Part shown: positions 36,867-49,332 of the stretch, piece by piece | Layout of the letters: every line of letters starts with the position of its first letter | How positions within the stretch are numbered: position 1 is the first letter of the stretch | Position numbers and translations under genes: made by a program | Source of the DNA: Octopus sinensis | Taxonomy: Eukaryota | Direction of reading: 5' to 3' | DNA length: 64,000 bases | Assembly (NCBI RefSeq): GCF_006345805.1 | Contig: NW_021832231.1 | Coordinates: 62,001 to 126,000 of the forward strand | The notes under the pieces: generated by a model | Told to the model about the DNA's origin: nothing | What the model saw: only the letters and a program-made list of their open reading frames with translations | The model's database searches: none

Positions 36867-37542
36867 ATGAGCAAGTCAAGCAAATCACAAGAAGACTGGC
36901 TGTGTGAGGACCCCCAGTAGACACGACTTGATCAAATAGGTGTGGAAACGTCAACTTTGCCCGCCGAGCAGAGTGCAATCGCTGCAGAAAGCCACGTGCC
37001 AAACCAAAGGTGGAGTCCGAGGAGGACCAGTTGGTGATGTCGGGGACAGAAATCGGGAAGGAGGCGGCCGAAAAGAGCAACGGGCTGTACAGTGCCGACG
37101 ACTGGTCCTGCAAAAGCTGCGGAAACGTGAACTGGGCGCGGAGGAATCGCTGCAACATTTGTTCTCTCCCCAAATTCCGGAGAGTGGAGGAGCGGACGGG
37201 TTATGGGGGAGGCTACTTTGAGCGAGAACAAGTGGAGTACAAGGAAAAGGTGGACTCTGATGGGGAGTTCGACGAGGTCTTGTCCTGACTAAGTGCTAGT
37301 TTGGGATGAAGAAGAAACGGTTTCGAGTGAGTGCCCGGCAGAGGAGTCCGACGACCAGCGAATCGGTGATGTGTGTGTCTCATTGCAGAGTGCGTCTGAT
37401 GAGGACGTGGATCTGTCCAAGTACTCCTTCGGGGACGCAGAGAGTGGATAGTACAAATATGCTCCTGTTCCTGTCGTCTAGTGTCCTCGGGGATCAGTCG
37501 TCCGGGTCAGACAGTCCGCCTTCCAAGAGGACGTGTCATTAG
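36867..37542 (+). CDS. ZRANB2: Zinc finger Ran-binding domain protein 2; stop at 37452 or 37542
   Basis: CGNVNFARRAECNRC; GLYSADDWSCKSCGNVNWARRNRCNIC; EERTGYGGGYFERE.VEY..DGEFDE|FG.KKKRFR; DVDLSKY. Confidence 0.93.
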
Positions 37543-37661
37543 TTCAGTGGGCACTTCTGATTTCAATAAATTGTGTCTTTATTAATATAATTAAATATTT
37601 TTTATTACTAGTACGACTGGCGACCCCACTCTCAATAGTATTTTGTTTTCTAGTTGGATAA

Positions 37662-38173
37662 ATGGACCAGAGTACAAGAGAAGGTCACAATTAAGGACGT
37701 TTTACCTTTAGAAGTGACTAATATATTCGAGTTGTTGGACAAGGAAAAAACTGGCAAAATCCCAACGTCTGATCTGGGCCTTGTTTTGAGGTGTCTCGGC
37801 CACTCCCCCTCACTTTCGGAGGAGAGGGCTTTAGCATCCCAGGCAGATCCAAGCAGTATTCATTTTTGCTGTCACTGCGAGGTTCAAACTTCATAGAACT
37901 AAACAAATTGATGAGCGTCATCTCTGCATTGTCGGGGGAAAGGAACGACCAGGAAATAATCCAAGCATTCCAAATTATAGCCAACTCCACCACCCAAGAA
38001 ATACAAGTTTCCGTCCTTAGAAATGCTCTCCTGAGTTACGGCGACAAGATGGGGGCAGATCAAATCGACCAGATCATGCAATTGTTTCCACAGCAGGACA
38101 ATGCAAAATTCGACTATAAAGGTCAGGTGCAGTCGGGTAGTCCCTAGATTTCGTTCGCCAGCATCGACTGTGA
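37662..38173 (+). CDS. Calmodulin-like / myosin light chain-like EF-hand protein
   Basis: IFELLDKEKTGKIPTSDLGLVLRCLGHSPS..EIIQAF..LRNALLSYGDKM..FDYK|DFV; three tiny introns. Confidence 0.8.
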
Positions 38174-38329
38174 ATCAATTTGTTACTTTTAATCCTTATT
38201 CATTATTTTTCCGACATTAATTAATATGCACTTCCGTATTCCGTACCTTCTTAAAGTATACGTTGGCATTGTTTTTTTCAACTAAGGAGGAAAATAGGTC
38301 GATAAAGTACAAGGGAGAAACCAGCAGAA

Positions 38330-40030
38330 AACAAATTCGCTTACATATAATTGGATTAGAATATTACTAATCTGCTCAGGCTTGATAAAGCACATACAAT
38401 TCTGCCAACACATCTTAGAACCCTCATTATTTAGTATATCCTTTTTGTGTAATGCCAATGAAAGTTACGATATCGCTCCGCCTTTCGTTTGTTGACAATT
38501 TATCTACTGAAGTGACACCCAATTCCATTGTCGTACTCGGCACTAAATTTGTAGAGCACTTGCAATTGTAGTATCGACCCCAATTTCCGCAAAGCTATTT
38601 GACATGATACGCAGAGTGATTTTTTAATCTCTTAGACTTTAAAATCTCCGAAGCTTTATCTCCATAGTCTAATATTAAGTGTTCCTTTTCGTGGCATATT
38701 GATATTTTGAAGTTTTGAGAGCCCAGGTTAAACATCCGAACAGCCATAAACGTTTGGCTTTCAGGCGAGAGCTTTTCAATTTCAATGACTTTCTTGTCTA
38801 AGTATTTCGTCCACAATTGACCTGCCCGGACTCTTATTTTGTGAAGGATTCTGTTTCTTTGATTTCTTAGCTCTCTTTTATTTCCAACAACGATTTTCGA
38901 TTTTAGGCGGATATCGCTTTAGTGCTCTGACATTTCCCTTATTGTTGAATCTAATATGCGTGATTGTTGTTTGGAAGGCTGTCTTTATAGCAGATAGTAT
39001 CCGCAGCGCCCTTTTTAACAGCCACAACCAACTTTTTCAGAAGAACGTCTGGCTTCTCTGCCATATTTAGTTGTGATATATGTTGCTTGATATTATCGAT
39101 ATTTTGTTCTTTTCACGGTATTGTTTATTAGTGCCTCGTAGCTAGTCTTCGCTGTTTGGTGTTAGCTGAGTTGTACTGGGCAATGTTGGAAAACAGTTTC
39201 TGGATGCATATCCGAGCCACTGTTATTCTGTGATCGCTGTTTGTTACTGCTCCTTCATATGAGCGAATTTTTATATTCATTTTTACATAGTATATAATCT
39301 ATTTGATTGTATATTGTGATTTCCCGACCATCTTGGTCTTTTTTTAGCCAGTCCAGGCCGTCTTATGTCGGGCCGGATGTTGAATGGCTGTTGCAGAGAT
39401 AGAGACCAAATCTCAGACAAAAGCCAATTAGACACTCACCGAATGAATTTCGATTGCCTCTTCTGTGCCTTCCGATACATACTTCTTAGTTTTTCTAATG
39501 TCTGCTTTGGCATTTCAGTCTCCGCGAAAAAAACAATTGTTTTTTTGTTCAGTTCTGCGTTGGAAAGGCTTGCATAAAATTCGTCTAACTCATCAGAGGT
39601 AGCCAATATTCTGCCCGCATGGGGTGCATATACGTTGATAATAGTAACAATCTGCTCCTTGTTGATTTTAGTTTGATTTGAAGAATATGATCATTAACAC
39701 TACACATTTTGTACTCCTGGTTTCTCAACGAAGTCCGAACTGCGAATCTTATTCCGTAGTATCGGCACTCCGACGGTAGTAACATTTGGTAGTAACAAAT
39801 ACAACATGGGACTCCTCGACCAGGTTTGTTTGGCCAAAAATGCCAGATTTTGTCGACTTACCGCAAATTCGTGATCTAAACTTAGGAAAGTCCGCAACTT
39901 CAGTTTAATTGCCATGCACATTGGTGTAAACTGTTGGGACAGGATGAACACGCTCAATTTGTCAGTTCGTGTCCTCCATTTCCGGGTCACCTTCTTCCGG
40001 CCGTAGGTCCTTGGGGACTCTCGTGATGTT
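38330..40030 (-). mobile_element. Decayed RTE-like LINE (endonuclease to start of RT)
   Basis: GIRFAV..NDHILQIKL..YAP-like, IDYI-like and SDH-like endonuclease motifs with many stops; no tiny-intron structure. Confidence 0.6.
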
Positions 40031-40039
40031 GGGAGACTA

Positions 40040-40637
40040 TTTTCTTCAAAAAATTCTAAAACACGTGTGTATAAACAAAAATCTCATGTCTTGTCTATGT
40101 CTAGCGAATCTAATTTGGAGTACTTTTGCAGAGTCCTTTGTTAGAAAGCACGCTCGGTCCTCCTATGTCGGAGTCCTCGATTCCATTTCTTTTCTCCAAA
40201 TGACCCCCTGGGCAATCAACAAAAAAATTGTTTCACGTCATGTCCCACTTTTTTGGGAAATGTCATTACTTGTACTTGGAGAGTTACAAAGAGAGAATCA
40301 AGTCTGGTCTTTTTCCTTATATTTAGATTTCCGGTCAAGTTGGAGGAACTCCTCATCTCCTATGCCTTTCTCAAACCCTCCGCGAACGTCCAGACCGTGG
40401 AGAGCACGGTGAGGAGAATCCGCTGCCGTCTTTCAATCGCTTTCAATGTAATCCTCAGTGCAACTTTAGGTGTTGGAAAGTCCCTTCTGGTTTCTCTTGT
40501 TCGCGGATTTCCGTGGTCGGTGTTACCGTGTGGCGTCGTATTTAAACCACACGGGAAATGACGCTTCCCAGGGATTGCTTCAATTCAACGTGGGGAAACC
40601 CCTGGGACCCAATGGACTGCGATGGTTGAAGATCCAA
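40040..40637 (+). pseudogene. POLRMT: Internal fragment of mitochondrial (T7-like) RNA polymerase
   Basis: GVLDSISFLQMTPWAINKKI; CRLSIAFN|[51 protein letters not shown]; no N-terminus, no catalytic motifs; retains tiny introns. Confidence 0.8.
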
Positions 40638-40770
40638 TTCTCTGCCAATTCTCTCAGGTTGTCGAGATCATCAGCAGTTTCGAGTTTCCTCCCAATAATT
40701 TTGAGATCCTGATTTAGCACCGATGGAAGTGTTGTCCTTGGTCTACCTCGGAATGCGTCCTCTGTTTCCC
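40638..40770 (-). mobile_element. RTE-like LINE C-terminal fragment (same family as 27654-28158)
   Basis: [39 protein letters not shown]. Confidence 0.8.
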
Positions 40771-40878
40771 AACTGGATTTAATCTTTGAGTAAATTAGAT
40801 TGTTTAATGAAAAATAATATTAAAGGAAAATTTGAATAAACTTAATAATCCCTTTAAATAGATCGTATTAATCTTGTT

Positions 40879-41493
40879 ATGATTACCATTTTCCCCGAAT
40901 CGTGTGAATTTCGGCGTATTTAGACTTGAGTAAAAACACTAGAAAGTCGCGACGTTTCCCAGAAAGAGACAATTCGCTTAACAAATACCTCCAACGCTGA
41001 GTCTGTGCACTTTAAAGTGAAGACAACTGTTCCTAAGAATTACTCAATCCGCCCAAACAGTGGCTTTCTGTCTCCACTCGAAGAAATCAGCCTTTCTCGT
41101 CAATTCGAGGTGTTTATTTGTAGTCACGTGGCAACCCGGAGATTCTGCTTCGACTCCAGAAAAACACCGTTTTTTGGTTCAGTACTTCGCCGCCTCCCAG
41201 TACGCTAAGTTTAAGGTTCGTCCCCTTTTTTACTGCAGTGGTCCGAACTGGACCCGAAACAAATTTCGTCGAAACAGTTCTCGGCGAATTTCCCAGAATT
41301 TTCAAACACTCCCAAAGATTCTTTGGAAGGCGCTAAATTTGTTTGGAATTATGAGACAATGAAAGAGCAAGTTGGCGAAGCACGTGTGCCGAATTCGCGA
41401 CGTGATCTCATTGGCATTGGTCAAATATCAACCCTTTTGGGAATTGTCATTTTGTGCATTATTTCGTTTCTCGCGGGTGCTTATCTGTTCTAA
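40879..41493 (+). CDS. VAMP-associated protein-like MSP-domain tail-anchored protein
   Basis: IRLTNTS..VHFKVKTTVPKNYSIRPNSGFL..KHRFLVQ; C-terminal TM LGIVILCIISFLAGAYLF*. Confidence 0.85.
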
Positions 41494-41905
41494 CACTTAC
41501 TAAATTATACTTTGCTTACCTTGATGAGTACTGTTGGCTTCTACATGAGTCGATAGTTGGACTAGTAATGGTACTAGGTGTTGTCTAAATCGACTTTTTG
41601 AAAGAATTTCTTGGTGTTTGTCTCTGTTTATTTTCACAATTCTGGCATTGTTTTGCGCGACTTTGCTCTGTATTTGTGATTCTTACCCCAAAATATAATT
41701 AATATAAAATTTCGAGAAAGGCACTATTCCCCCTATTTAGAGCAGTGACGCAATTCTACAAATCAATCGAATTGATTCTGTTAATTCTATTGGACATAGT
41801 TCAATGGGGACCAATTCAAAGAAACATTCGTGGTTTGTTTGAAATAAGGAAAAGTTTATTTTATTGAAAATATCAAGTCATTTACAGCTATATTTGTCTA
41901 AGACA

Positions 41906-43078
41906 TCATATTTCCCCATCAGTATATTCACTCATAAATGGCTTGTACTGTCGATAATTCTCCCACATGGCCCCTACAATTTGACTCGTGATTATGTCGC
42001 TGGAATTCTTGGATATCAAGTGAAGGATCAGGACCCCGTCAGTCATAATGAAATTGGAAACAAATTCTCTGCATCTCCGTCTTTCCGTAGCAGAACTGTA
42101 CTTTCCGGCAAGTCTCAAATGTTTTTTGATAAAGCGGTATCGACTGAGAGGGAGCATAAGCGCAAAGAACCACAACACAAAGTTGATGCAAGTGAGAATT
42201 GCCGTGATGACCAACCAGAACCAAATGAATATAAATATCTTTTCGTTGAACAAGTTAATAGGGAGGACACACTGTACTCGATAATTATGGACAGCCCCCA
42301 GTTTCCTGACATCAAAGTCACACATTGTAATGGTCGGGAAGCCAGGAGTAAGGTTTATCTGATCGACACCAGAGATCAGTCCTCGAATCATTTTAAAGCC
42401 ATACATTCCATACTCCGAGCCCAGAAAACTGTCGAGAAGTACAAGCTGAACAACAGTATTGGCGACGTACAGAAGCTTAGTGATTAAGTAAAGAATCGAG
42501 ACATATCGACCACTCGTGAAGCAACCGAGACGACCAAAGATAGTTTTGGCAATCTGTTGGTGGTCGAGGTAATTGTCGATATATCTGGTCACGTGCTTGG
42601 CTATTTTGTCCTTCTCGTCAATTCGAAGAGTCGATTGGAACATTTCGGCGGCGTCGATGATATTCTGGATTGTGATTCCGGATTTCCTGTTGAAGCTTCG
42701 CCAAATCATGCCGGGAATGTAAAACAGAATGGCCTGAGCCAGGAGGATGAGGGGAACCCACTGGTAATAACTGATCTCCAAATTATTGGTTTCTTCAGTG
42801 CCGGGGAGAGGCAGGTCTCGTCGAATGGGATAGTAATATGTGTTTTTGACCCAGCACACTTTGTTCATGTACTCGACGTGGGACTCTTCTCTGCAGCTGT
42901 CGTAGCACCAACATGATATGGGTTCGCCCACGTACTGCTTTGTGGAAACAATGATGGAGAAGATTATCAAAATGATGACAGTGTAGCGGTGGTTCAGACG
43001 GTCAATTCCGTCGTCGTCCGTGCTGAGTGTTTGGGAGGCGGCCACAGTAGCAAATGTTCTGATCAATTCCCCGGGCAT
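41906..43078 (-). CDS. Innexin (single exon)
   Basis: DDDGIDRLNHRYT; QYVGEPISCW; YYQWVPLILLAQAILFYIP; FPTITMCDF; VQCVLPINLFNEKIFIFIWFW; DGVLIL. Confidence 0.97.
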   Translation of the reverse strand: MPGELIRTFATVAASQTLSTDDDGIDRLNHRYTVIILIIFSIIVSTKQYVGEPISCWCYDSCREESHVEYMNKVCWVKNTYYYPIRRDLPLPGTEETNNLEISYYQWVPLILLAQAILFYIPGMIWRSFNRKSGITIQNIIDAAEMFQSTLRIDEKDKIAKHVTRYIDNYLDHQQIAKTIFGRLGCFTSGRYVSILYLITKLLYVANTVVQLVLLDSFLGSEYGMYGFKMIRGLISGVDQINLTPGFPTITMCDFDVRKLGAVHNYRVQCVLPINLFNEKIFIFIWFWLVITAILTCINFVLWFFALMLPLSRYRFIKKHLRLAGKYSSATERRRCREFVSNFIMTDGVLILHLISKNSSDIITSQIVGAMWENYRQYKPFMSEYTDGEI

Positions 43079-43546
43079 TACAGAACTGCTCACACGGGCA
43101 CGAAGTCAATTATAAGCACAAATTATGACCGAATATAATCAAATTAGCAGTCAGTCAATAACCAACTGATTGTCCCAATAGGAAGGTGTCAACAAATGGG
43201 AGACATCATAAATGGTCGAACATGGTCTTACTTAAATGGTCGAAGAGTTCACCGAATTTTCATCAAATCAATTCATTATCGGCATTGCCTAATTAGCAGA
43301 TTTGTACTCCAAAGTGAATAGATTAATTGACCTCTTTGATATCGAATTATTCTTAAAAGACAAATGTTTGTGAATTATTCTTAAAAAACGAGATTATTAC
43401 ACTACAAACTGCTGGACTCCCTATCAAACTGGAACCCTCTTAAAAGTATATTTATGAAACCAGAACAATCATTGTCTATCTAAACAATACACACACTAAT
43501 GGACTATCATTAAACAGAATCCCCGTTGAAATAGAACAACCGTTAA

Positions 43547-44531
43547 TTACTCGACATCCATATAAGGAGGAGGAACATCCTCACCCTGAAGGTGCATTGT
43601 GGCAGGGAAGGGACCCTCGGAAGACTGTCCAACACGCCCCAACTAATACAACTCACACAACACATCCCACAATTTCCCGCAGACCCTCCTCGTCCACAAA
43701 CTCAAATTGCCGTTCAGGACCAATAACCGCCACAGAAACATTCTGGGGATATTAGCAAAGAAAACCTCATCCGTCAGCATACAAGGCACCGAATAAGTGA
43801 GGGACTTGACACACCAAGTCTCCAAAAGAGTGACCTCGGCTACAAATATGCTCAGACAATACAAGTTGGCAAGTCGGGGAGAACACTCTCCAAGAACGTG
43901 GCGGCGGACTGTGACCGACTTCCAATGGCGATGGCCTTGCAACTGTCAAACGTGGCCGGGGGAGACAGAGAGTACAACTGAGGACCAGAGTCCTAACAAG
44001 TGAAGGGGACAGCAAACATCGACACCCGCGATGAGGACACCCACCCCGAATGGACGGGACCCATATCTCTGAGTTTGTGGCTGCATTTCTTGTGGGATTA
44101 ACAAAAAGGGCAACTGAGGACGAGAGCCTGGACTAATTGACTGATTGGAATATCTCGGTCGAATTTCCACCGATAGGACACACACAGTTCTTTCATGTAG
44201 TCACTGGGAGTACAGATTGGGGGATACACAAGTCGACGACCGTCCGACATGAGTCCCGACATTGCCACGCCCACATGTTTCGACACTTTGAACACTTTTT
44301 GTGGATAGTGGGACAAAACGTTGGCCCGTTTCTTGGTTTTATGGACTGAGGGAGAACCCTGAAGCCGGCGATGACTACGTGAGTATTCGACTTGGCCCCC
44401 ATCGAAATGGAGCCCTGTTTGACTGATTCCATCGCATATTCTATCTGGTGGATTCTCCCGTGAGAACTCCAAGTGCTTACGTCGCTGTCGTACTTTTTAA
44501 CGAACTAATATTATAATTGAAAGGAGACCAT
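43547..44531 (-). CDS. PSMA1: Proteasome subunit alpha type-1 (alpha6)
   Basis: M|FVKKYDSDVSTWSSHGRIHQIEYAMESVKQGS; TQRYGSRPFGVGVLIAGVD. Confidence 0.93.
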
Positions 44532-44733
44532 GTCACTACAACGCGGAATAATCGACTATTACAAAAAATATTTAATATTTTATTAATATTTAAAATGAAT
44601 AAGGTACTATTCAGACTCAGGATTTTCGTTACTGATAAAAAGTCAGTAAAGTTATCATCAAAAAACTATTTCATTTAAATAAAATATTATTCAATTTAAA
44701 ATTTATAAAATAAAATCAATTAATTGTTGGTGA

Positions 44734-45731
44734 ATGAGAGTCCCGTGTCCAGAATTTCTACTAGCATGCACTCCTTGTGCGTGCACTGCCTTGCTATACG
44801 AGGGAGGGTGGCTGGTCACAGGGGATGGACAAGGATACATCACTCTGTGGGATATTCCACGACTAAAGAAGACGGGCCAATGGCGACCCCACGAGAATGT
44901 ATTAATATTTAAAATTTATTAAGAAAATAATCTGGCTGGATTTGTTGAGGGATAATTCTGACACGTTTTCTATTCTTTCCTACGCACTCACCGAGCACGT
45001 AAAACTATCCAAAAAAGTAAATTCGAGTTGGTCTTGGCAAGGTTTAAATCACCCTGTTTTATTCAGTTTTCGTGGATATCGAATATGCCGACTTTAATGT
45101 TTTCTCTGCGACGTGGCTGAAGTGTTCTCTCCTCCTTGCCTCCACGTCCAGAGAGTCGGGACGCGTTTGAATAGTCACGTCAATGTAGACCTGCCTTCTC
45201 AAACGGGAAGACGATTCTTTCTCGAAAACATTTATACACCCAACGGGGGATACTCCACTGATCACTAAATTGACTGCGACCGACTCAAAGTTGTATTTCC
45301 TGTGCGGACATGAGAGTGGACTCATTGTCGTGCATTCCAACTCCTCGGACTTGGCACAACACTGGGTTTCTACTTCATACCAAATTCACGGAGATGCGGT
45401 GACGTGCTTTGATGTCTGGCATGATTACGTCATTTCTGGGTCGGTTGACAAACACGTGTGCAAGTGGTCGCTTATTGGTGGAGAAGTGAGGTCTCGACAT
45501 GTCCTTCCGAACGAGGGAGTGGCGACGTGTGATATCCGCAGTGATGGACGTGTGGCTGTTCTGGCCTGTTTTGACTGTTCACTGCGCGTCCTCTCTGCTA
45601 AGAACTTGAGACTGTTGGCCGTCATTGACTACCACAAAACACACAGAATCCAGTCGGTCCTCCTCTCCAGTCCCAACTACGTGTTTTCGTCCTCAGCTGA
45701 CAAGCTCATATATTGTCTTAAACTGTTCTGA
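44734..45731 (+). CDS. GNB1L: GNB1L/Asa1 WD40 protein
   Basis: MRVPCPEFLL; GHESG; LPNEGVATCDIRSDGRVAVLACFDCSLRVLSAKNLRLLAVIDYH resembles GNB1L [32 protein letters not shown].FH. Confidence 0.78.
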
Positions 45732-46050
45732 TTTCTTGTTAAATCAACACACATAAACGTAGGTCTATTCCGATTTGGGTAGGCACTAAATGGGTTTGTG
45801 AATAGCTACTCGTCACTGGAATTGTTTTTTAGTCACTTCTTTCTCGTGACTTGTGCCTTCTCGTCCATCTGTTTGGTAAAGTTAAGAAAACACAATCAGA
45901 AAATTATTTTTTTTAATTTTTTTTTGATAAATTGATGACTTCACTCAGTCTGCGGCTTCTATAGATTTCATTTTTAAAATCTTAGTTTCAATTTTTAAAC
46001 AGCACATTAATCAATTTATAATTAATTAAAAAATTATTAAATAAAAGAGC

Positions 46051-49000
46051 ATGCATGGTGAGTGTGGTCTACCAATTCTAATAAACCGCCTGTTTTCAGT
46101 CGAACTAAACCAAACTCTCCAAAAAATTTCAACCGGTAAACCCGCCTAATAAAATCCAAGAACTACATAAAGGAAAGCACACACTGCTACAAATAATACA
46201 ACAACTGAGGTACATAATCACCCCATTCCAGACCATATCTGCTTTCCTCAGACACTTTCAAACAAAGTCGGGCTTTCATTCTACTGGCTCACCTCGTCCA
46301 CTCACTTCCCCCAGGCTTTTTCGACGACGGGGGACGTGAGAATAGTCCAGTCAATTCTCTGGTCGTGTTTATGAGTGGAGAAGTCATTCGAACCCCCCAA
46401 GTCGTGCCCCACGTTCTTCAGACCATGCAAGGAGTGCTCCTTCATGGCACGACCGACACGCTTTTGGGGGACTTTCTTCTCAATTTTATGAATAAACAAG
46501 TTGTTGAGACTGTCCATACTCGGGACATCCTCTCCTTTTGTCGGCTTGTGAATGCCTTTGTGGATGGTTCGCAGGGTTGTTTGGTGAGTCACTCAAACAG
46601 ACTTGTCTGGGTCGTTTGTTGGGGAGTTTATTCGATTCATTTGGGGGGAGGATGATCACCGAGTGTTGATTCCTATTTTGAAGCTAATTGGCCGGTTCAA
46701 TCAATTTGGTTGTGTTTAATTCGCATATTTTAAGGATACTACGAGGAGGCTGACAAGTATTTGCACAAACTTGAAAAATATATATTTAAAGAGGTTATCC
46801 ACAATCGCCAAATTATTATTAAATTACGAATTAATTAATGATTTATATCAATTACAATTTTACCTATAGGAATCAAAATATGACAATCACGACTTTCTGT
46901 TTGAGTCATTTTTGGAAGCAGTGATAAGTACATTGAGAGTGAGCCCACAACCAGCAAACATGTGTGTTGATTGGTTCAGCAATACTTTTGAAAGTTGTTT
47001 GACAAGTCGCCACCGAACGTATTATCTCCGAACCATCGTTCGACCGTTGTTTGTATATTTATAGAAATCACTCTTCGAGGCCGGATTGGGACAAGAACAA
47101 ATATATGTCCAACAGTTTTGCAAAATTTATTCGGAATTACAAATCCAAGTATGATTGTGGGTGGACTGTAGACTGTTTGCCTCATTGGGGATGCACTCCT
47201 CGACAGGGCCTACTTGGATCTCCTTTGGTCACTCATCCGGGGACTTGGTCAAGTGGAGGAATGTGTCACTTCCATCTACGACTGTACTCCCCACTCCTCC
47301 ATCAGGCCTGTTTGTGGAGGCACTTTCTGATTCGAGTTGTTTCAAGCACGTATTATTGAGGACAGTCCTGTCTGCGGATAGTAAATATGCCATAAAGTAT
47401 GCCACTGACATTTGGGGAGAGTTGGTCAGGGAAATTGGCAGTCCTCAGGTCAGTTTTGTGTTTGTATGAGCAGAGTGCAGTCAGTAGTGGGGAACTGCTG
47501 CGAGTTATGGACTCCCTCACGAAGGTCATTGCCCCCTTCGCCCTACAAAACCCTCTTTTGGGGGACATTCTATCAATTGTTGGACGATTTGTGCAGGATA
47601 CTGACCCAAGTCTCTTTCCTTGCATTCTCGGAGTGTGTTGTTCGGTGGTGGAAGCAATGGACGAGGATTTACTCGTCAACGTGTTTTTGTATTTGGTCAA
47701 AATGGATGATTTGTATGTGTGTTCCACATTCCATAGATGTTTTGATCATGTCGAGTGTGTTGCACATTTCGTCCGGAAAGCAGTCCATCCAATCGGATGT
47801 CATTTCCTTCGAACATGTGATTGGGTTGATTCTATTTTAGCACCGACTGCCCACACGTCGACTGTCTTTGCCCTCTCAGCAATGTGTGGACACTGTGTCC
47901 AAGACGTGCTCGACTCTCTCCTTGCTAATCTGCGCCTCTCACCCCAAAGTAATCACACTAATAAGTCAAGGTCGTCCCTTTGCCCTTTATTTGCTCGGAT
48001 TGCGGCATTCTGGCCACCCGGACTTTCTTGTCTGGTGGATTCACAAATTGGATTGGATTGTGGGAGTGTGCGACCTTTCTCGTCTTATTTTGCTTTCCTC
48101 GACCATCAAGGACTTGAATCTCGTGTTTGATGTGCCAATATCTGTTCTAGTCTGACTGACTCGTCCCGACGTCTCCTAATAAACACGTCTCTCACTGCCC
48201 TTCGATCAGTGAGTGATTGCATTCTTAAATTAGGACTCGGTCGAGTACAAAATTCCGTTTTTATGTGCCTCCGTGATGTCAAAGGACGCCATCGAACAAG
48301 TCCGTGAGAGTGAAACTCGACTGTTGATTGGGGCGTTGTGTTCTGAGAACTTTCCTTTCCATTTTGACCAACAAGTTGTCATCACTGGAATTATCAAATA
48401 TTATTCCGCCTTCCCTGGATTTGAAAGTTGTCATATTTGATATTGCAGCCTCCCATGACTGGCTATGCGACTCACTTCCGTTGTGGTTCACTTCCACCGT
48501 CTTGCGATTTCTAGTTGAGCGGAATGCAACATGTTCAACTGTTTCCTGCTTATTTAGCCATGTGGGTGTCATCACACATTCTTAGATATTGGCTAGAATT
48601 GGATTCAGTCTTCTGGAGGCGATTTCTTTTTGTGAATTCGTGTTTGATGTTTTTGAGAGAAACGTGTTTATTTATAAGCACGAAGAGTTTCTATACGAGC
48701 AACGACTCTCTCAATCTTTGTGGGAACCTCTCATGTCCCTCCACCAGTCACAGACTGCATTGGGACTTGTTTTGTTGAGTCTATTCGTCAAGTGCAGTTC
48801 TATTCCTGCTCTTTGTGGAGACATGGTGAAGGAAATACTGCCGGTTCTGACAAATTTAATGTCTGTGGAGGTTGGGTCTTGTTTTGAAGACGTGTATCTC
48901 ACGGATTTCCTCATGAAAGTGCTGCTGATTGTATTGGACTACCGGGATTATTTCCCTCTCGAATCACAATTGGGAGGGTTTGTGGACTATGCAGTGCGAA

Positions 49001-49223
49001 AGGGCGGGAATAATGCATTGCCAGTACATTTTCCAGTCATTTGTAGAGGGGGCGTTGTACCTTCTTGATGTTTTTGGAAAAGCTTTCGTCGGTCAAGTGT
49101 GGTGCGTCCACACGGCTGAATTATATGAGCTTAATTAAACCTTTTTTTGATGACAGAAAGCGCGTAGTGCGATTGTGTGCTGTCAAGGCTTATTCTGCCT
49201 TTTTGAAAATTGGGGATTACTAA
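46051..49223 (+). CDS. MMS19: MMS19 cytosolic Fe-S assembly HEAT protein, divergent; start approximate
   Basis: FIRFIWGEDDHRVL resembles the MMS19 FIQVMDGEKDPRNL motif; C-terminal DDRKRVVRLCAVKA resembles DDKKRLVRKEAV. Confidence 0.65.
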
Positions 49224-49332
49224 TTGTGCAAATTTGGATTTTTTAGTAAATTGTGATCAAATATTATTTTTTATTTCTGAGTTCTTCAGGAAGAGAAAGG
49301 AAAGCAAGGGAGAAGTACAGGTCATGAGCTTT

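Noticed and set aside
43344-43386. 15-bp direct repeat GAATTATTCTTAAAA upstream of innexin
   Set aside because: AT-rich and only two copies; compatible with a local slippage duplication.
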